From Takakia lepidozioides (lineage: Eukaryota > Plantae > Bryophyta), in the NCBI GenBank assembly GCA_030704615.1, contig JAKLZA010000169.1:1-23000 (forward strand): a DNA stretch of 23,000 bases, written 5' to 3'. This document shows, one piece after another, positions 9,851 through 21,340 of the stretch (positions within the stretch are counted from its first letter, which is position 1; each line of letters begins with the position of its first letter). The position numbers and the translations under genes are program-made. The notes under the pieces were generated by a model. That model searched no databases and was not told the DNA's origin. It worked only from the letters and a program-made list of their open reading frames with translations.

Positions 9851-10613
9851 GTTAAGAATTGCTGACAAAACTTTAAACTCACTATGTAATAGTTACGCTG
9901 GAAGTGATATTTATGATATTTCAATAACTAATGGTAGTGGCAAATGTTTAAAAGCAATGTGTACAACAATTCAAATGTATATGAACATTTGGATATTTTC
10001 AACTATCTATGCTTAAATAATACTTAAGCAGTTCACACATTCAAAGTGACAATATATCAAGAAAGAAACCAATTTACTTTGGAAAAATCCATTGATTTTG
10101 GGTAGAAGGCCAAAAATGAAAACCATGTGTGGATGGGTAGAATTGTGAGTCCTCTAGCTATTCCCAAAAAACTACGTCAAAGAGGTTTCATATGACCAAT
10201 ATATGGCCAAACCTATAAAGTATAATCTAAATCTGACCTTATAAATTTTTAAATTTAAAACAATAAATATTAATTCCGCATTCATTACAATAATTTGAAA
10301 TTTGGCTTAGAAGCATATAATTGACCGATTAGTAAAATCTTTCACTATAGCTAGGGAACATTACTCACCTATACACGTGTGGAACAATATGAGTGGCTGA
10401 AAAATGCGTGGTACCAACTACGTGGATATACAGTCATGGACATTTTTTGATTCAATCTCTTCGTCTTAGTTTAACGAAGTCCTACATGTGCGAGCTTGCG
10501 TGATTATGTGTAGGAGCTAAGTCCTAAAATGTGTGATTTGTATTGTGTGTGTGATCTTTGAAGGTGGTTTTGCTAGCTTTTCTCATGTATAAAAAAGTAT
10601 GTTGTCACTCACC

Positions 10614-10895
10614 CACTACTGCGATTAGGGGGGTCTAACGACGCCCACGCCCGATCGCGGGCTTGGGCGAGCGACACCAGCCGCAAAGGCCAAAAAAACG
10701 ATGCCCCAGACAGCACCCCAGACGCCCCAAAAGTACTTGAAATTATGAGACCAAGTTGGTGTACCCTCCTCATCGTGCACCCCTCCTTATCGAGGGCTTT
10801 CCAACAGTACGAAGCACCAGGGTTTGGTGCCCGCGGTTGAAAGATCTCAACGTTACAAAACAAAACAAAACAAACAAGCGGCTCGTCGCGTAATG
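10614..10895. mobile_element. Possible non-autonomous CACTA-like/MITE insertion
   Basis: GC-rich island in AT-rich DNA with imperfect inverted ends CACTACTGCGA / TCGCGTAATG; no 3-bp TSD. Confidence 0.3.
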
Positions 10896-11333
10896 GCTCC
10901 TCTTAGTTGATGAACTATGTTAATATCAAATAATATAAGTAGGTAATTTAAAATCAATATATAAAGTTTATGGTCTGTCCAACATGCCTTTGTTTAATAC
11001 CAGATAGTAATGTCGGTGAGGCACGTTTTGTCCAAACATCACTAATTGAAAGCCATAAATTGTAGTACTGAAAAGAATCATGAATATTTATAATTATTTT
11101 TTGATACAAAATTATTATGTAAATATCTACACTAAAATCTCATAATATTATTGTTGGATAAAATAAACATTAAAACTTATCACTATTTTGTATTTTTGTT
11201 TTGAAAATCAGTGAGGTAAGAAGCACTTTAAATTAAAAAGAGGCGGATTACAAAAGAAAATATAACTTTACGAGTCCGTAATTAATTATAGTGGATTAGA
11301 TGAAAGCCACCTATAATTTTTTTACAAGTGGCT

Positions 11334-12037
11334 TATCAAGGTTTTGGTCATGGTTAGTTGGAATTACCTACTTCTAGTTAACTATGACATTTCGGATATT
11401 CATATTTAGTATTTTTGTGTGTTGGGACCTCATTTGGTCTCATATGACGTAAGGATGGTTTTCCGCTTGTGATGATTGATGAGGCTCACATTCTTGTAGT
11501 TGAGCCTCCATGAGTCTCTCTCACCTCCATAGCTCTAGGTATTGAGAGAGAGTGTAATAGAGGGCTTTATAGGGTGGATTCCTTATCAAAAGTGTCATTG
11601 GCTTGACTTAGTTTATGTTATGTGATTGAGTGGATTTCACTTGGTGGAGTGTGCCATTGCGTTTCTATCTTCTCTTCACGTTTCACAAGTCCCTAGGAAT
11701 CAACTAAGTGTGTGAAAACATGAGTGACAAGCATGAGAAAAGGGTGGATTCCAAAGAGCACCAAACAGCAGACTGCGTAAAAACACTCTGGGTGCTGCGT
11801 CTCAAGCTGTACACACCTGAAGAATGTTGAGCCAATAAGTCACACACACATGTCCACTGATGTCCCCTAAAAAATTCCAAGCAGCCCCAAGCTGCTGGGT
11901 TCTTTGGCATCAGCCTCGTATCCCGATGCACATTCACTTTCATTATCATTGTGGCATAGCTTTCTAGGATGGCTTGTTAGGAAATGTGGTTAGATAGCGA
12001 TGATGTGGGTTGTGGCACGATGCTTAGGTATACGACA
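11334..12037 (+). mobile_element. Diverged solo LTR related to the terminal repeat of the DNMT-carrying element, with a ~265-bp internal insertion
   Basis: Collinear inverted matches: 11498-11507/12325-12334, 11572-11582/12248-12258, 11599-11609/12218-12228, 11631-11639/12187-12195, 11943-11956/12136-12149; ends TATCAAG...ACGACA. Confidence 0.7.
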
Positions 12038-12057
12038 TGCTCAAAATTTAAATGTGT

Positions 12058-12584
12058 TGTCGTGCGCATACATATCGCTACACAACTACATCGCTGTCCA
12101 AACCACACCACACATATATGCACAATAAAGTAGTCTGCCACAATGATAACAAGCTAAAATGACACACACTCTCAACACAAGAAATATGAAATCCATCGCT
12201 ATCACTCTTTAAAATAGAAGTCGAGCCAGGGGCACCCCAAGCTATGGGGACTCCACCCCACAACAACCTATACTCCCATCATAAGCACACTCAGATCTAA
12301 ACGCATGAAGGAGCTCGGTCGCGCAGGCTCAACTCGAGAGAGATGAGCGCGCGACTGCCGCTCTCGTGAAGATAAGACGGTTCAGGTGTCAAACTAAACT
12401 TGACACCTGATTTAACACTTGACCTAAATCCAAGTGTTAAATACAAATAACTAGTTTTATTCTAGTTGTTTTCACACTGTGCTTATTTAACTTGACAGCT
12501 GTCGTGCGCATACATATCGCTACACAACTACATCGCTGTCCAAACCACACCACACATATATGCACAATAAAGTAGTCTGCCACA
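12058..12584 (-). repeat. 3' terminal repeat (LTR) with A-B-A structure
   Basis: Identical 87-bp direct repeats at 12058-12144 and 12500-12586. The minus strand reads PPT, TGTGGCAG...CACGACA, GC, TGTCAAG...CACGACA. Confidence 0.8.
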
Positions 12585-12596
12585 ATCGCCCCCTAG
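12585..12596 (-). promoter_or_regulatory. Polypurine tract-like site
   Basis: Minus-strand CTAGGGGGCGAT directly before TGTGGCAG. Confidence 0.65.
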
Positions 12597-12844
12597 CTGG
12601 TGGATAGGTCCCTCTACCTCCAGATAGCTACAAGATGTAATAGCCACAACCGTACTAAGTCCTCTATCACTGTCCCTATTGTACTCAAACTCTATAGACC
12701 AAGAGGCCGGGTACAAGAGTAGCCCCATCGTTAGTCGCCGTCTTGCAATCTGTGAACTTGAGCCAGGACCTCGTGTGTTCAAGGTCTCCTAGTAGCTGGG
12801 CCTTGCGTTTCTTGTTAGCCTTCCATGGTTGTATCCACTCCCAC

Positions 12845-12935
12845 TATCCAATGCAATGTGGACATAACCAATCCCCATCCGGAACCATCTAGAAGCAAGT
12901 GCCAGCACACCAACAAGCAACACACCCTCAAACCT
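12845..12935 (-). other. PHD-finger remnant at the integrase C-terminus
   Basis: GLR-C...LLVC...WHL...MVPDGDWLCPHC* read across a frameshift; the intervening loops are missing. Confidence 0.65.
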
Positions 12936-14090
12936 GCAGATACCACTGCCAGGTTTGGGTCAATCCTGCCATCGACATTCGGAAGGTGACATGGCGCACA
13001 ATTACGCACATGGTCCTTCCAAGTTATGCCATCCCGACCCTCCAAGACCAAGACGCCTGAGGGCAAGACCTCTCGAACCCTCAAAATAACACGTCCTGCA
13101 GTCACATCCAAGGTCGTAGGAGCAGTCTGCTGCAGATAGACATAGTCACCAGGGTTGAATCTCCGAACCCCAGGACGATAGCCCCCACCACGTATGGTAG
13201 CATACCTCAACGTATCACGGTGTTGTGCAATGGCAAGGTTCTCGAAAGCCATGGGCATGACTCTCTTGAACAACTCTGCACGCTGCTCACATGCACGTGC
13301 CCACACGTCCGGATCGTCAAGGTTAAGAACTGTAGCAGCTTCTCTGCGAATGGATGTAGGCAAATCCGGCTCTCGGCCAAAGAGAAGAAAGTATGGTGAG
13401 AAGGAGGCAAGTGATGCTTGCTTGCTGAACCTGTAGCCCATGGCTAACCAGGGTAACTGAAGGTCCCAATCTCCTAGGTGTCCCTTCTGCAAGCCATACT
13501 TGCGCCCTCTTTACTGTCCTGAACAACTCTCTCTGCCAAGCCATCGGCCTCAGGATGATCCGAGAAGTGGTGCGGTGGTCTATCAAGGCCTTGTCACACA
13601 AAGCCTGAAACTCCCCCAAGAACTCTCTCCCTTGGTCCGTGAGTACCTCAGCTGGAGCACCGAATCGGCTAAGCACACAATCCAAGAATGCATACGCAGC
13701 TCCCTCACTAGCCTTATCAGGCAATGGAACCAATTCAATCCACTTGGAGAAGTGCTCCACCATCACCAACACGTACTTGTTGTGGCGCATGGTCAGTGGC
13801 AACGGCCCTGCGAAGTCAAGACTCCACCTGTAGCCCAATCCATGATCGGAAGAGGGTGCAATTGTGGAGTAGGGGCGTTGAATGAAGCACGCACCCTGTC
13901 ACACACCATGCACCTAGCCACAAATTGTTGCACCTCTGTGTGCATACCACGCCACCAATACTGCCCCTGCAGTAGACTATGAGTGCGTCGCACCCCAAAA
14001 TGCCCCAACTCCTCATGGGCATGCCGCACTAACCGTGCCCGCTGTGTTGGGTGAGGCACAATCCTCACTCGACCATCCTCCCACACTCGG
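12936..14090 (-). CDS. Integrase (H2C2, DDE core, C-terminal domain), frameshifted
   Basis: HEELGHFG...CMVC; WSLDFAGP, VEHFSKW, LTDQGREF, DGLAE; WDLQLP...SPYFLLFGREP. Confidence 0.92.
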
Positions 14091-14399
14091 AGCAGGTGTG
14101 TCCCCTCCCACTTGAACCTCTGGCTCGTTGTAGGATCCGATCCCTCTCCTTGGCAGTCACAGTGGCTGCCGTGTCTCCAGTGCGGAGGTAGTCCAACACA
14201 ACTGAATCCTCATGTATATCTTTGGCGCCACCTTGCTCATTGCTGGCCTCAGGGTCCTCAGACACTTGATCTACAGTCATCCCTGTTGCAGGTCCAACCT
14301 GGCCTTCCGCTGCCAAGATACACAGAAATGCAGATGCATGCCATCCGGGCACCATCTCCTCGTCCGTCTCACCATGCCACCGAGCTCCAGTGTCATCCT

Positions 14400-14900
14400 G
14401 CTGGCTCGTGCATGGATTGCGACTCAACCCATCTGCATTGCGATTGACCAAACCCGGTCGATGCACCACCTGAAAGTCATACTCTTGAAGGATGAGTGCC
14501 CACCGTGCAAGCTTCCCCGTAAGCTTGTCTGACTCCATCAACCACTTGAGTGGTTGGTGATCCGTGACAAGGGTGAAGAGATTGCCGTATAGATAGCACC
14601 TGAAGTGTGCCACGGCCCACACTGCAGCTAAGCATTCTCCCTCATATGAGCTATACTTAGACTCTGCAGCATTGTTCGAGCGGCTAGCATAAGCCACTAC
14701 GAACTCTCTTCCCTCATCATCCACCTGTGTGAGCACCGCTCCAAGCCCCAGCATGCTCCAATCTGTATGCAGCTGAAAAGGACGCCCCCTGATAGGTCGT
14801 CTCAAGATGGGCGCCGAGGTCAACCTCGCCTTGAGCTCTTGAAAAGCTTGTTCTTGCTCATCTTCCCACTGCCACTCCTGGTCCACCTTGGTCAGCTTGT
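14400..14900 (-). CDS. RNase H
   Basis: FQLHTDWS, YEGECLAAVWAV, TDHQPL, NADGLSR. Confidence 0.93.
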
Positions 14901-15720
14901 GGAACCTGTGCAATGGACTCTACCTTAGTCTGCTGTACCCCCAATCCTCCAGGATATATCATGTGACCCAGATACTCAATCTGGTTGTGGAAAAACTTGC
15001 ACTTGCCCGGATGTAACTTCAATCCGTGCGTCCTCAAGCGCTCAAATACCCCCTGAAGGTGTCTCTCATGCTCCTCCACCGTAGCACTAAAGATGATGAT
15101 GTCATCTATGTAGCACCGAGCAAACTCCACCCCTGCTAGAATCCTGTCCATGACTCTTTGAAACTCAGCGGGAGCGTTTTTAAGCCCAAATGGTAAGAAC
15201 CGCCACTGGTATAGGCAATCCTTCCCGTGCTCATTGATCCCCCAGAATGCCGTCTTTTGCTTATCCGCCTCCTTGATCGGCAACTGGTGATATCCGGATC
15301 GTAAATCCAACGTGCTAAAGACCTTGGAATGCCCAATGGCATCAAAGATCTCCTCTGGTGTCGGCATGGCATACCTATCGGACTTGGTCTGACGATTTAC
15401 AGGCCGGTAATCACCGCACATACGTCTCTCCGTCCAATTGCCATAGACATCCTTCTTGCTGGCATCACTGTGGCTGAAGCATACTCTCCACCAGAGAGCT
15501 CCACCAAACCTGCCTCCCAGAGATCTTGAGTCCTCATCTGAATCAAAGACCTCTCCATGTCACTATCTATAGGGTCTCCGAAAGATTGGCGTGTCAGTGG
15601 CCAACTCAATACGGATCTCTTGACCCTTCAGTGCTCCCAAGTCCTTCAAACTGAAGGCAAAGCAATTCCTGTAAGCCCTCAGGAACCGCCGTATACGTCG
15701 TCTCTCTCCTCCGGTGACAA
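14901..15720 (-). CDS. Reverse transcriptase (thumb segment deleted)
   Basis: [38 protein letters not shown]. Confidence 0.95.
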
Positions 15721-16099
15721 TGGGTCCAATGTCAGGCTCCCAATTGTCCTCCGTAACTGCAACCTTAAGTCCAGTGGGCTTAGAGGTAGAGGACGCGTCC
15801 CGTGGTTGCTATGCTGCAACCTCTTGAGCAGTACTCCCTTCCTGCTCAGTCAATGACAAGGCCTCATCCTGCCCCATCATCTCATCATTGAGAACCTCCT
15901 CAACCCGAGAAGAATCCCCAACCTCATCCATCACAGCTGCCTTGGCTGCCAACTCCCTCTGAACCTCGAGCACCCCACGTGTGCCATGGATGTCTACACC
16001 CGTGGTCCTCACCGGCTCGCCCCCACTCGCTGCCTGTACCGTCTCGGTAGGCAGAGAGACCGTCAAGGGAAGTGCACTCCGCACTCTACGTTGCTCAGC

Positions 16100-17056
16100 C
16101 ATAGCCAAGCTGATAATCCAGGTCAAGCAATTGAGATCCATTGCTTGCCCCAACACCTGACGACGTGATGCCTCAGAAAGAGAAGGCACCGCCGTGGTCC
16201 CAGTGGAAAACCCCATAGCCCGCTCTCGCTCGTCGGCATTAGGCTCCACTAACTGCTGCAACTGAGCATCCCACAGGAGGCCAGGTCCACCATCCCGAAA
16301 AGCATGGGATCCTGGGAAGCTGAGCAGTGTAGGTAATGCTGCTCGTGGTTGACCCACCCTGTTGACCACTGCCAAAGGCGAACGGTCATCGTGTCTCACA
16401 CGTTGAGACTGCCTCCTGTGTCCAAAATGCCATCCACGGTGAGGTGTGCTGGCCGCTGCACCCCATCAAATGCACGCTTGAGCAGTGCGGGTGGCATCAA
16501 GTTAGTCCACCATAGCCGTGGACGATGAGCCCGTGACCCCACTGCAGCTGCATCCAGCAACACTGCTGACCCAAGCCACGACCGGACTTGATGCACACTG
16601 GCCATCACCCTGGCCCGAGAATCACCCATCAGTGGCACATTCTCCAAGATGTATGCTGGAGATACAGCTTGATGAAGCTGCAAGTGGCGCAAAATCCGCA
16701 CCATCTCCCAAAACAGACCCGTCCTCGAGTCTCGCAATCCATTGCCATGCCCGGCTGATGAATGCCCTTGGCAGGGCCAACCTGCCACTACCAGATCAAT
16801 GGAGCCAACCTGCTCCAAATCCGGCCCCCAGCAACGAAATGTCTGCTGGCAAGGCTTGTTGGTATCCACGAACTGCAGACACTGGCAACAAAGTCAGGGT
16901 ACTGCTGTACCAACTGAGCAACATGGCGCAGTGAGACGCGTCGTGCAGTCTCATCCCTCTCCACATACAGGTAACGTTACCCGCACACCTGCCTGTAGCA
17001 CAGCAGCCAATCCGGTGCTGATCCCGCCAAACAAGTCCAGAAGGCAAATGCCTTCA
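16100..17056 (-). CDS. C5-cytosine DNA methyltransferase domain (DNMT3-like motif style), split by frameshifts
   Basis: Motif I LLDLFGGIS, II YVERD, IV AGWPCQG (PC at 16771-16776), VI ILENV, VIII AHRPRLWWTNL, IX ERERAMGF, X RRQVLGQAM, all in canonical order. Confidence 0.93.
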
Positions 17057-17449
17057 TCCGGATACTGCCACACAATAGGTGTGGTATCCAATGGTGACAA
17101 CTGAGGTGGTCCTGGTGCAATACCACTCTCCTCCTCTCCTGACGGTACAAAAGCCTCTACCCAGGCTTGTTGCACCCGTCGATCAGCAACCTGCTGCAAA
17201 TCCTTGCTCGTACCCCACAATGGAGTGTGAGCAACCATGGCAGGCAACTCCGCCATACCATGCATGTCATCCTGCTCTGCTGGAGGTGGCACATCCTCTG
17301 CATGGGCATTGCCTTCCAGCAACTCTCCAGGCCAACTAACTGCAGCTGTAAAGGCGGCTAGTGTTGGCATCTTGCCCCGCTGGGCAGCCGCAATACCCCC
17401 AATGAATGTCACAGGGAGCTGTGCACGGCGACCATCCCTGACTGCCATC

Positions 17450-17850
17450 CAGGCCTGTAGGATGCTGACTCCTCCCAAAAGTCCAGGGTGAAGCCCATGG
17501 GGTATAACACTGCCCCACCAACGAGGACATCGTAAGAGACCGCGTCTGTCACAATGGCCTTGGCTCGCATCACTGAGCCATCTATAGGATGATCCGGCTG
17601 CAGTCTAATGGCCAACTGATGCCGTGTCATGCCCGAGCCTGCTCTGATCCTCCCAGAGATGTCTGTATCTGGAAAGGACAAGGCTCCATATCCGCCTCCA
17701 TGAGGCCCAAACCTGCAATAGCAGCTCTGCCCAACATCAGTGGCTGAGCTCCCGAGTCCAACAAGACCCAGTGGCCGGTACTTCTTGCCTGCCGGTCCAC
17801 TCAAAGTGAAAATGCCTCCTGGTTGTCTAACAAGACAACTCCAGGTGTCA
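17450..17850 (-). CDS. Retropepsin-like aspartic protease
   Basis: VLLDSGAQPLMLG (Asp at 17756-17758, in a frame not shown in the ORF track) and YDVLVGG. Confidence 0.85.
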
Positions 17851-18499
17851 CCATGGCGCGCTCAAAGGCTGGCCTAGCTGGCAGCTCCGTCAACCTGGCA
17901 GCTGCAGCTTGCCAGGGCGCAGCCGTGGCAGTCTTGACCCTCAAATCCGAGGATCCCTCTGCCACTACACCTTCCACTAACTCCGCAGAAGATGAAGTGA
18001 CCTCCCCACTCTCACAGAGTGTTGCTGCTAGTCTGAACACTGCAGCTGGTCTTACCCCGGCGTCGCAATCATGGTTGCCGAGAACAGTGGGGCTTGACAC
18101 ACAGAGGTGGCTGCCCCCAATAACACACCGGCTGCACTAGCCTTGGTAGCAGGTGTCAGTGCTGCACGTGTAGCTCTCCCCAATGGCATAGTAACCTCCG
18201 CCTCGGTAACAGTCGGGCGAGAACTAGGTGCCATGGATGGCGTCGACACTGTCTCCGCCAATGTGAATGACTGAGGAAGCCTCGCCTGACGGCTTGCCTC
18301 CCCACGCTGTGGATCCAATTCCACCTCTGCACCTCGTGGCTCAGGAACTCGTGCTGCTCCTCGAGTCACGGCTGCAGCAGACTCCACCTGCTCTAGTGGT
18401 AGTGCTGCTCCGCACATGAATCCCATGCCTCCCATATCTCCTCCCTCAGGAGCAGGAGGTGGACCATCCCGCCTGGGAGCCGGTACCGCCTGAGCTATA

Positions 18500-19936
18500 G
18501 CCATGGCAGCGAGCCTCTGCTCTAGCTGCTGAAGCCGGTTGGCCATGCCTTGGTCAACACCCTGACCTCCGCGTCCTTGGCCATGTGGAGCTTGCCCTTG
18601 GCCTGCACCTCGTGCCCGACCACCTCGTCCTCTCTGGGCTGGTCCACCTCGCCCCGGCCACCATTGTTCCCTTGGAACTGGCCTGGGCGCAACTCAGGAT
18701 GCAAGTCATAACACTGGGCATCTCCATGCCCATACTTGCCACAATGCCCACACTGCAACTGTGCAGGCTGTGCTTGTGCCGGCCTTTTGCCACTCTCTGG
18801 GCAATCTCTCTTGACATGGGGTCCTCCACATGTCCAACATATCACCCCTGGTTGCTGTTGGCCTGCAAAAGATGCCACGGGCCTCTGCACCTGAGGTCCC
18901 CTGTAAGCTCCATGGAACTTGGGCTGGGCAACCTTGCCCCCCTGACCACGCTGTTGGGCAGTCCCTTGTGCCTGTGGGCTGACAGCTGTGCCCCGTGCAG
19001 GCATGTCCTTGCCAAATCCAATGTAACAACTCGCTCCTCCACCATGTTGAGCTCAATCCGCTCAGCCAGCAGAAACACATCTGCTAATGTGGGTTGGGCT
19101 GCTTGTAACAGGGTTGCATCTCGCACCCTTCTCTTGAGCTCCTTGTCCAGAATTCCATACCAAAACTGGATTGCCTGAGCTTCAGTAACCCCTTGGGTCA
19201 CACTTATCAAGCGCCTCATACGAGTGTACGCCTCTCGCAGGCTCTCACTGGGTTTGCGCTGGAAGTCTTGCAAACTTCGCAGCTTCTCTGTCCGTACACC
19301 TTGGTAGTTCCTCCGCAACTCCTGGAAGAACTCCACCACCGGGTTGAATCTAGGCACATGTGTTGTAGTCGTGGCAGGAGGAGTAGTAGCACCTTTTGAA
19401 CTGGTACCACCTGCAGAAGTACCACTACTTGCTCCACTACTAGTGCTGGCAGTGGGAGCTATTGGTACTGATGCAGCTACTGGTCGCGTCGTGCCTCGAG
19501 TAATGGAGACGTAGTCAGGTGACCAATACATCCTCCACTCCTCAATCTCTGCTTCATGTCCTCGCCTGAACTCGTGGTAATCGTCCATAGGCGGGCCTTC
19601 CAAATGCTGGAACAGTCCCTTCCACGCCATGAATGGGGTGAATAGCTGTGGATTGCGCATCTGCTGCAAATCACACCAGCTGTCGAACTCCTGGATAAAG
19701 TCATCCAACTCGATTGTGCCCACAGCTCCAGAGTACCTACGAGGCCCCTTGGTAGCTCCATACATCTCCTCCATGTCGTCCCACAACAATGGCGAATGAA
19801 AGTGCACACCTGTTGATGAAGCCTCCGAGTCTGTGTCTGACTCTACAGTAATTGAGGGTGGCGGTGAAGGTGGTCTGAACCGAATACCTCGTCTTGTGAA
19901 CCCACTCTCACTGTTACTGCCTGTAGCCGTACTCCC
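18500..19936 (-). CDS. gag: Gag-like protein with two zinc knuckles
   Basis: LDDFIQEFDSWC...LQDFQRKPSESLREAYTRM; knuckles CWTCGGPHVKRDC and CGHCGKYGHGDAQC; the frame stays open upstream of 19807 to ~19936. Confidence 0.85.
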
Positions 19937-20629
19937 TCAAAACCCTTGGGTAACTCCGTAATGACACTCACAATGTGCACCTCCTCCACGTGACACTATA
20001 AGGCTCTAGTACTAATCTAATAGTGACACGGGTGGGCACCTGTTGCAGTTTAAGGGTCATATCCCAATGGCTCAGGGCACCTGCACCTGCATCCACCGCA
20101 AGAACTCCTATGGTTGGCTGGTCATCAACCCAGCCTCACCATAGAAGAAACACTGGTGGTCTTGCTGGTCATCACTCCAGCCTCACCACCGACAGCATAC
20201 TCTAGGATTGACCGGTGATCAAATCCGGCCTAATCCCTATGAAAGCAAGCGCCCACACAAAACCAACATGGCGCACAGTCAAGCATGCAGGTGTTGGGGG
20301 GATCCAAACACAAGAAATCAAAACATCAACACCCCCACACCAAAATCCAGCTGCAATGCTGATCCTGCAGAATATCCCAGCCCAAAACCCCGGACTGACT
20401 GGCCTCCACCAAGAGAGGCTTTGGCAACTACAAGTACAAGGTAATGAAAATAGTACAGAGATGGAGGGGAAGAATAGAAGCCCGACCAAGCAAGATCTAA
20501 TCCTGATCTATGCTATCAACTGCCAGACTTCTCTCAAAGTGCCTCGCTCTGCATGATGGTAAGGTGTAGGAGGTATATCTATGTCCAGAAACCTGCCACT
20601 AACCTTGTCCCAAGCTACAGTAGCTCGCT

Positions 20630-21340
20630 CTAACCAACCCTCCTCCTCTTTCTGCCAGGTAGAGACAAAGCAATACTCCCTATCTCCCGCTCACTGAACA
20701 CTAAAGAAAACAAAGGTAGGGTCTGATAGTCTCTCAACTCGAAAGCTTTGAGACGGTTGCGGGTGTCCTCATTGCGAATGACTGCATCTCCTTCAAACAG
20801 AACAAACTTGTCATTGCTAATGAACCCCCGCTCGTGGTTGCCTTGTGCAGAGCGTGTCCGGCTGCAACCATGTCTGATTGCACAAACTTGTGTAGCTCCT
20901 GCTCCTCTGCTCCAGTACACCACGGCCTTGTGGCTGAACACTTGGTCCCCGGGGCTGTCTTTGGCTGTGTTCCAAGCCTAGCTTTCACCCACTTTGGTAT
21001 TTCACCTACAGCTGCAGAACTGCTGGCTCCAACAGAGTTCTGACTCCAAGGCGATATTGAGGCCCTCAATGCCAACTACAGCAGTCTGTTGTCTACTGCT
21101 AATGCCTGACTCCCAGTATGCAATCAACTCGTCCAACTGTTCTCCACTCAAATCAGTCTGAGTTCCTTGGGAAACATAAATCTTGTCCCCTTGTGCACAG
21201 GCTAAGAGAAGAGACCTGCCCTTCAATTACGTCCTCATTTCCCCCAGCCATACAAGGAGTACATCCCCAGATTTGTCTCTCATGTAGACCAGAACAGGTT
21301 CTAGAAACAGGATTGTGGATCTTTCATGGCACACTCACAC
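20630..21340 (-). pseudogene. Degenerate ORF of unknown function upstream of gag
   Basis: ORF pieces 21002-21226 and 20630-20941 share one frame, separated by a few stops; protein-like composition; no recognisable motif. Confidence 0.3.

Larger units (their letters stand above)
12058..19940 (-). mobile_element. Ty3/Gypsy retrotransposon encoding a C5-DNA methyltransferase (gag-PR-DNMT-RT-RH-INT-PHD); 5' boundary lies beyond 19940 and was not located
   Basis: Collinear minus-strand domains, PPT-like AGGGGGCG and a TG...CA terminal repeat. Confidence 0.93.

Noticed and set aside
10856-10877. (CAAAA)n run as a SINE/LINE tail
   Set aside because: No Pol III A/B boxes or TSD recognised; treated as a simple repeat
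12058-12586. Split direct repeats suggesting a DIRS/Ngaro tyrosine-recombinase element or a CRISPR-like array
   Set aside because: The element encodes a DDE integrase and protease, no tyrosine recombinase was seen, and there are only two 87-bp copies in a eukaryotic context
16100-17056. DNMT as a host DNMT3/DRM gene or a bacterial R-M contaminant
   Set aside because: It is embedded collinearly between retroelement protease and RT, with no introns, UBA/PWWP domains, DRM motif permutation or adjacent endonuclease
13194-19809. Numerous plus-strand and alternative-frame ORFs over the DNMT element (and minus-strand ORFs over 869-5364)
   Set aside because: Antisense or off-frame shadows of GC-rich gag-pol with no recognisable motifs
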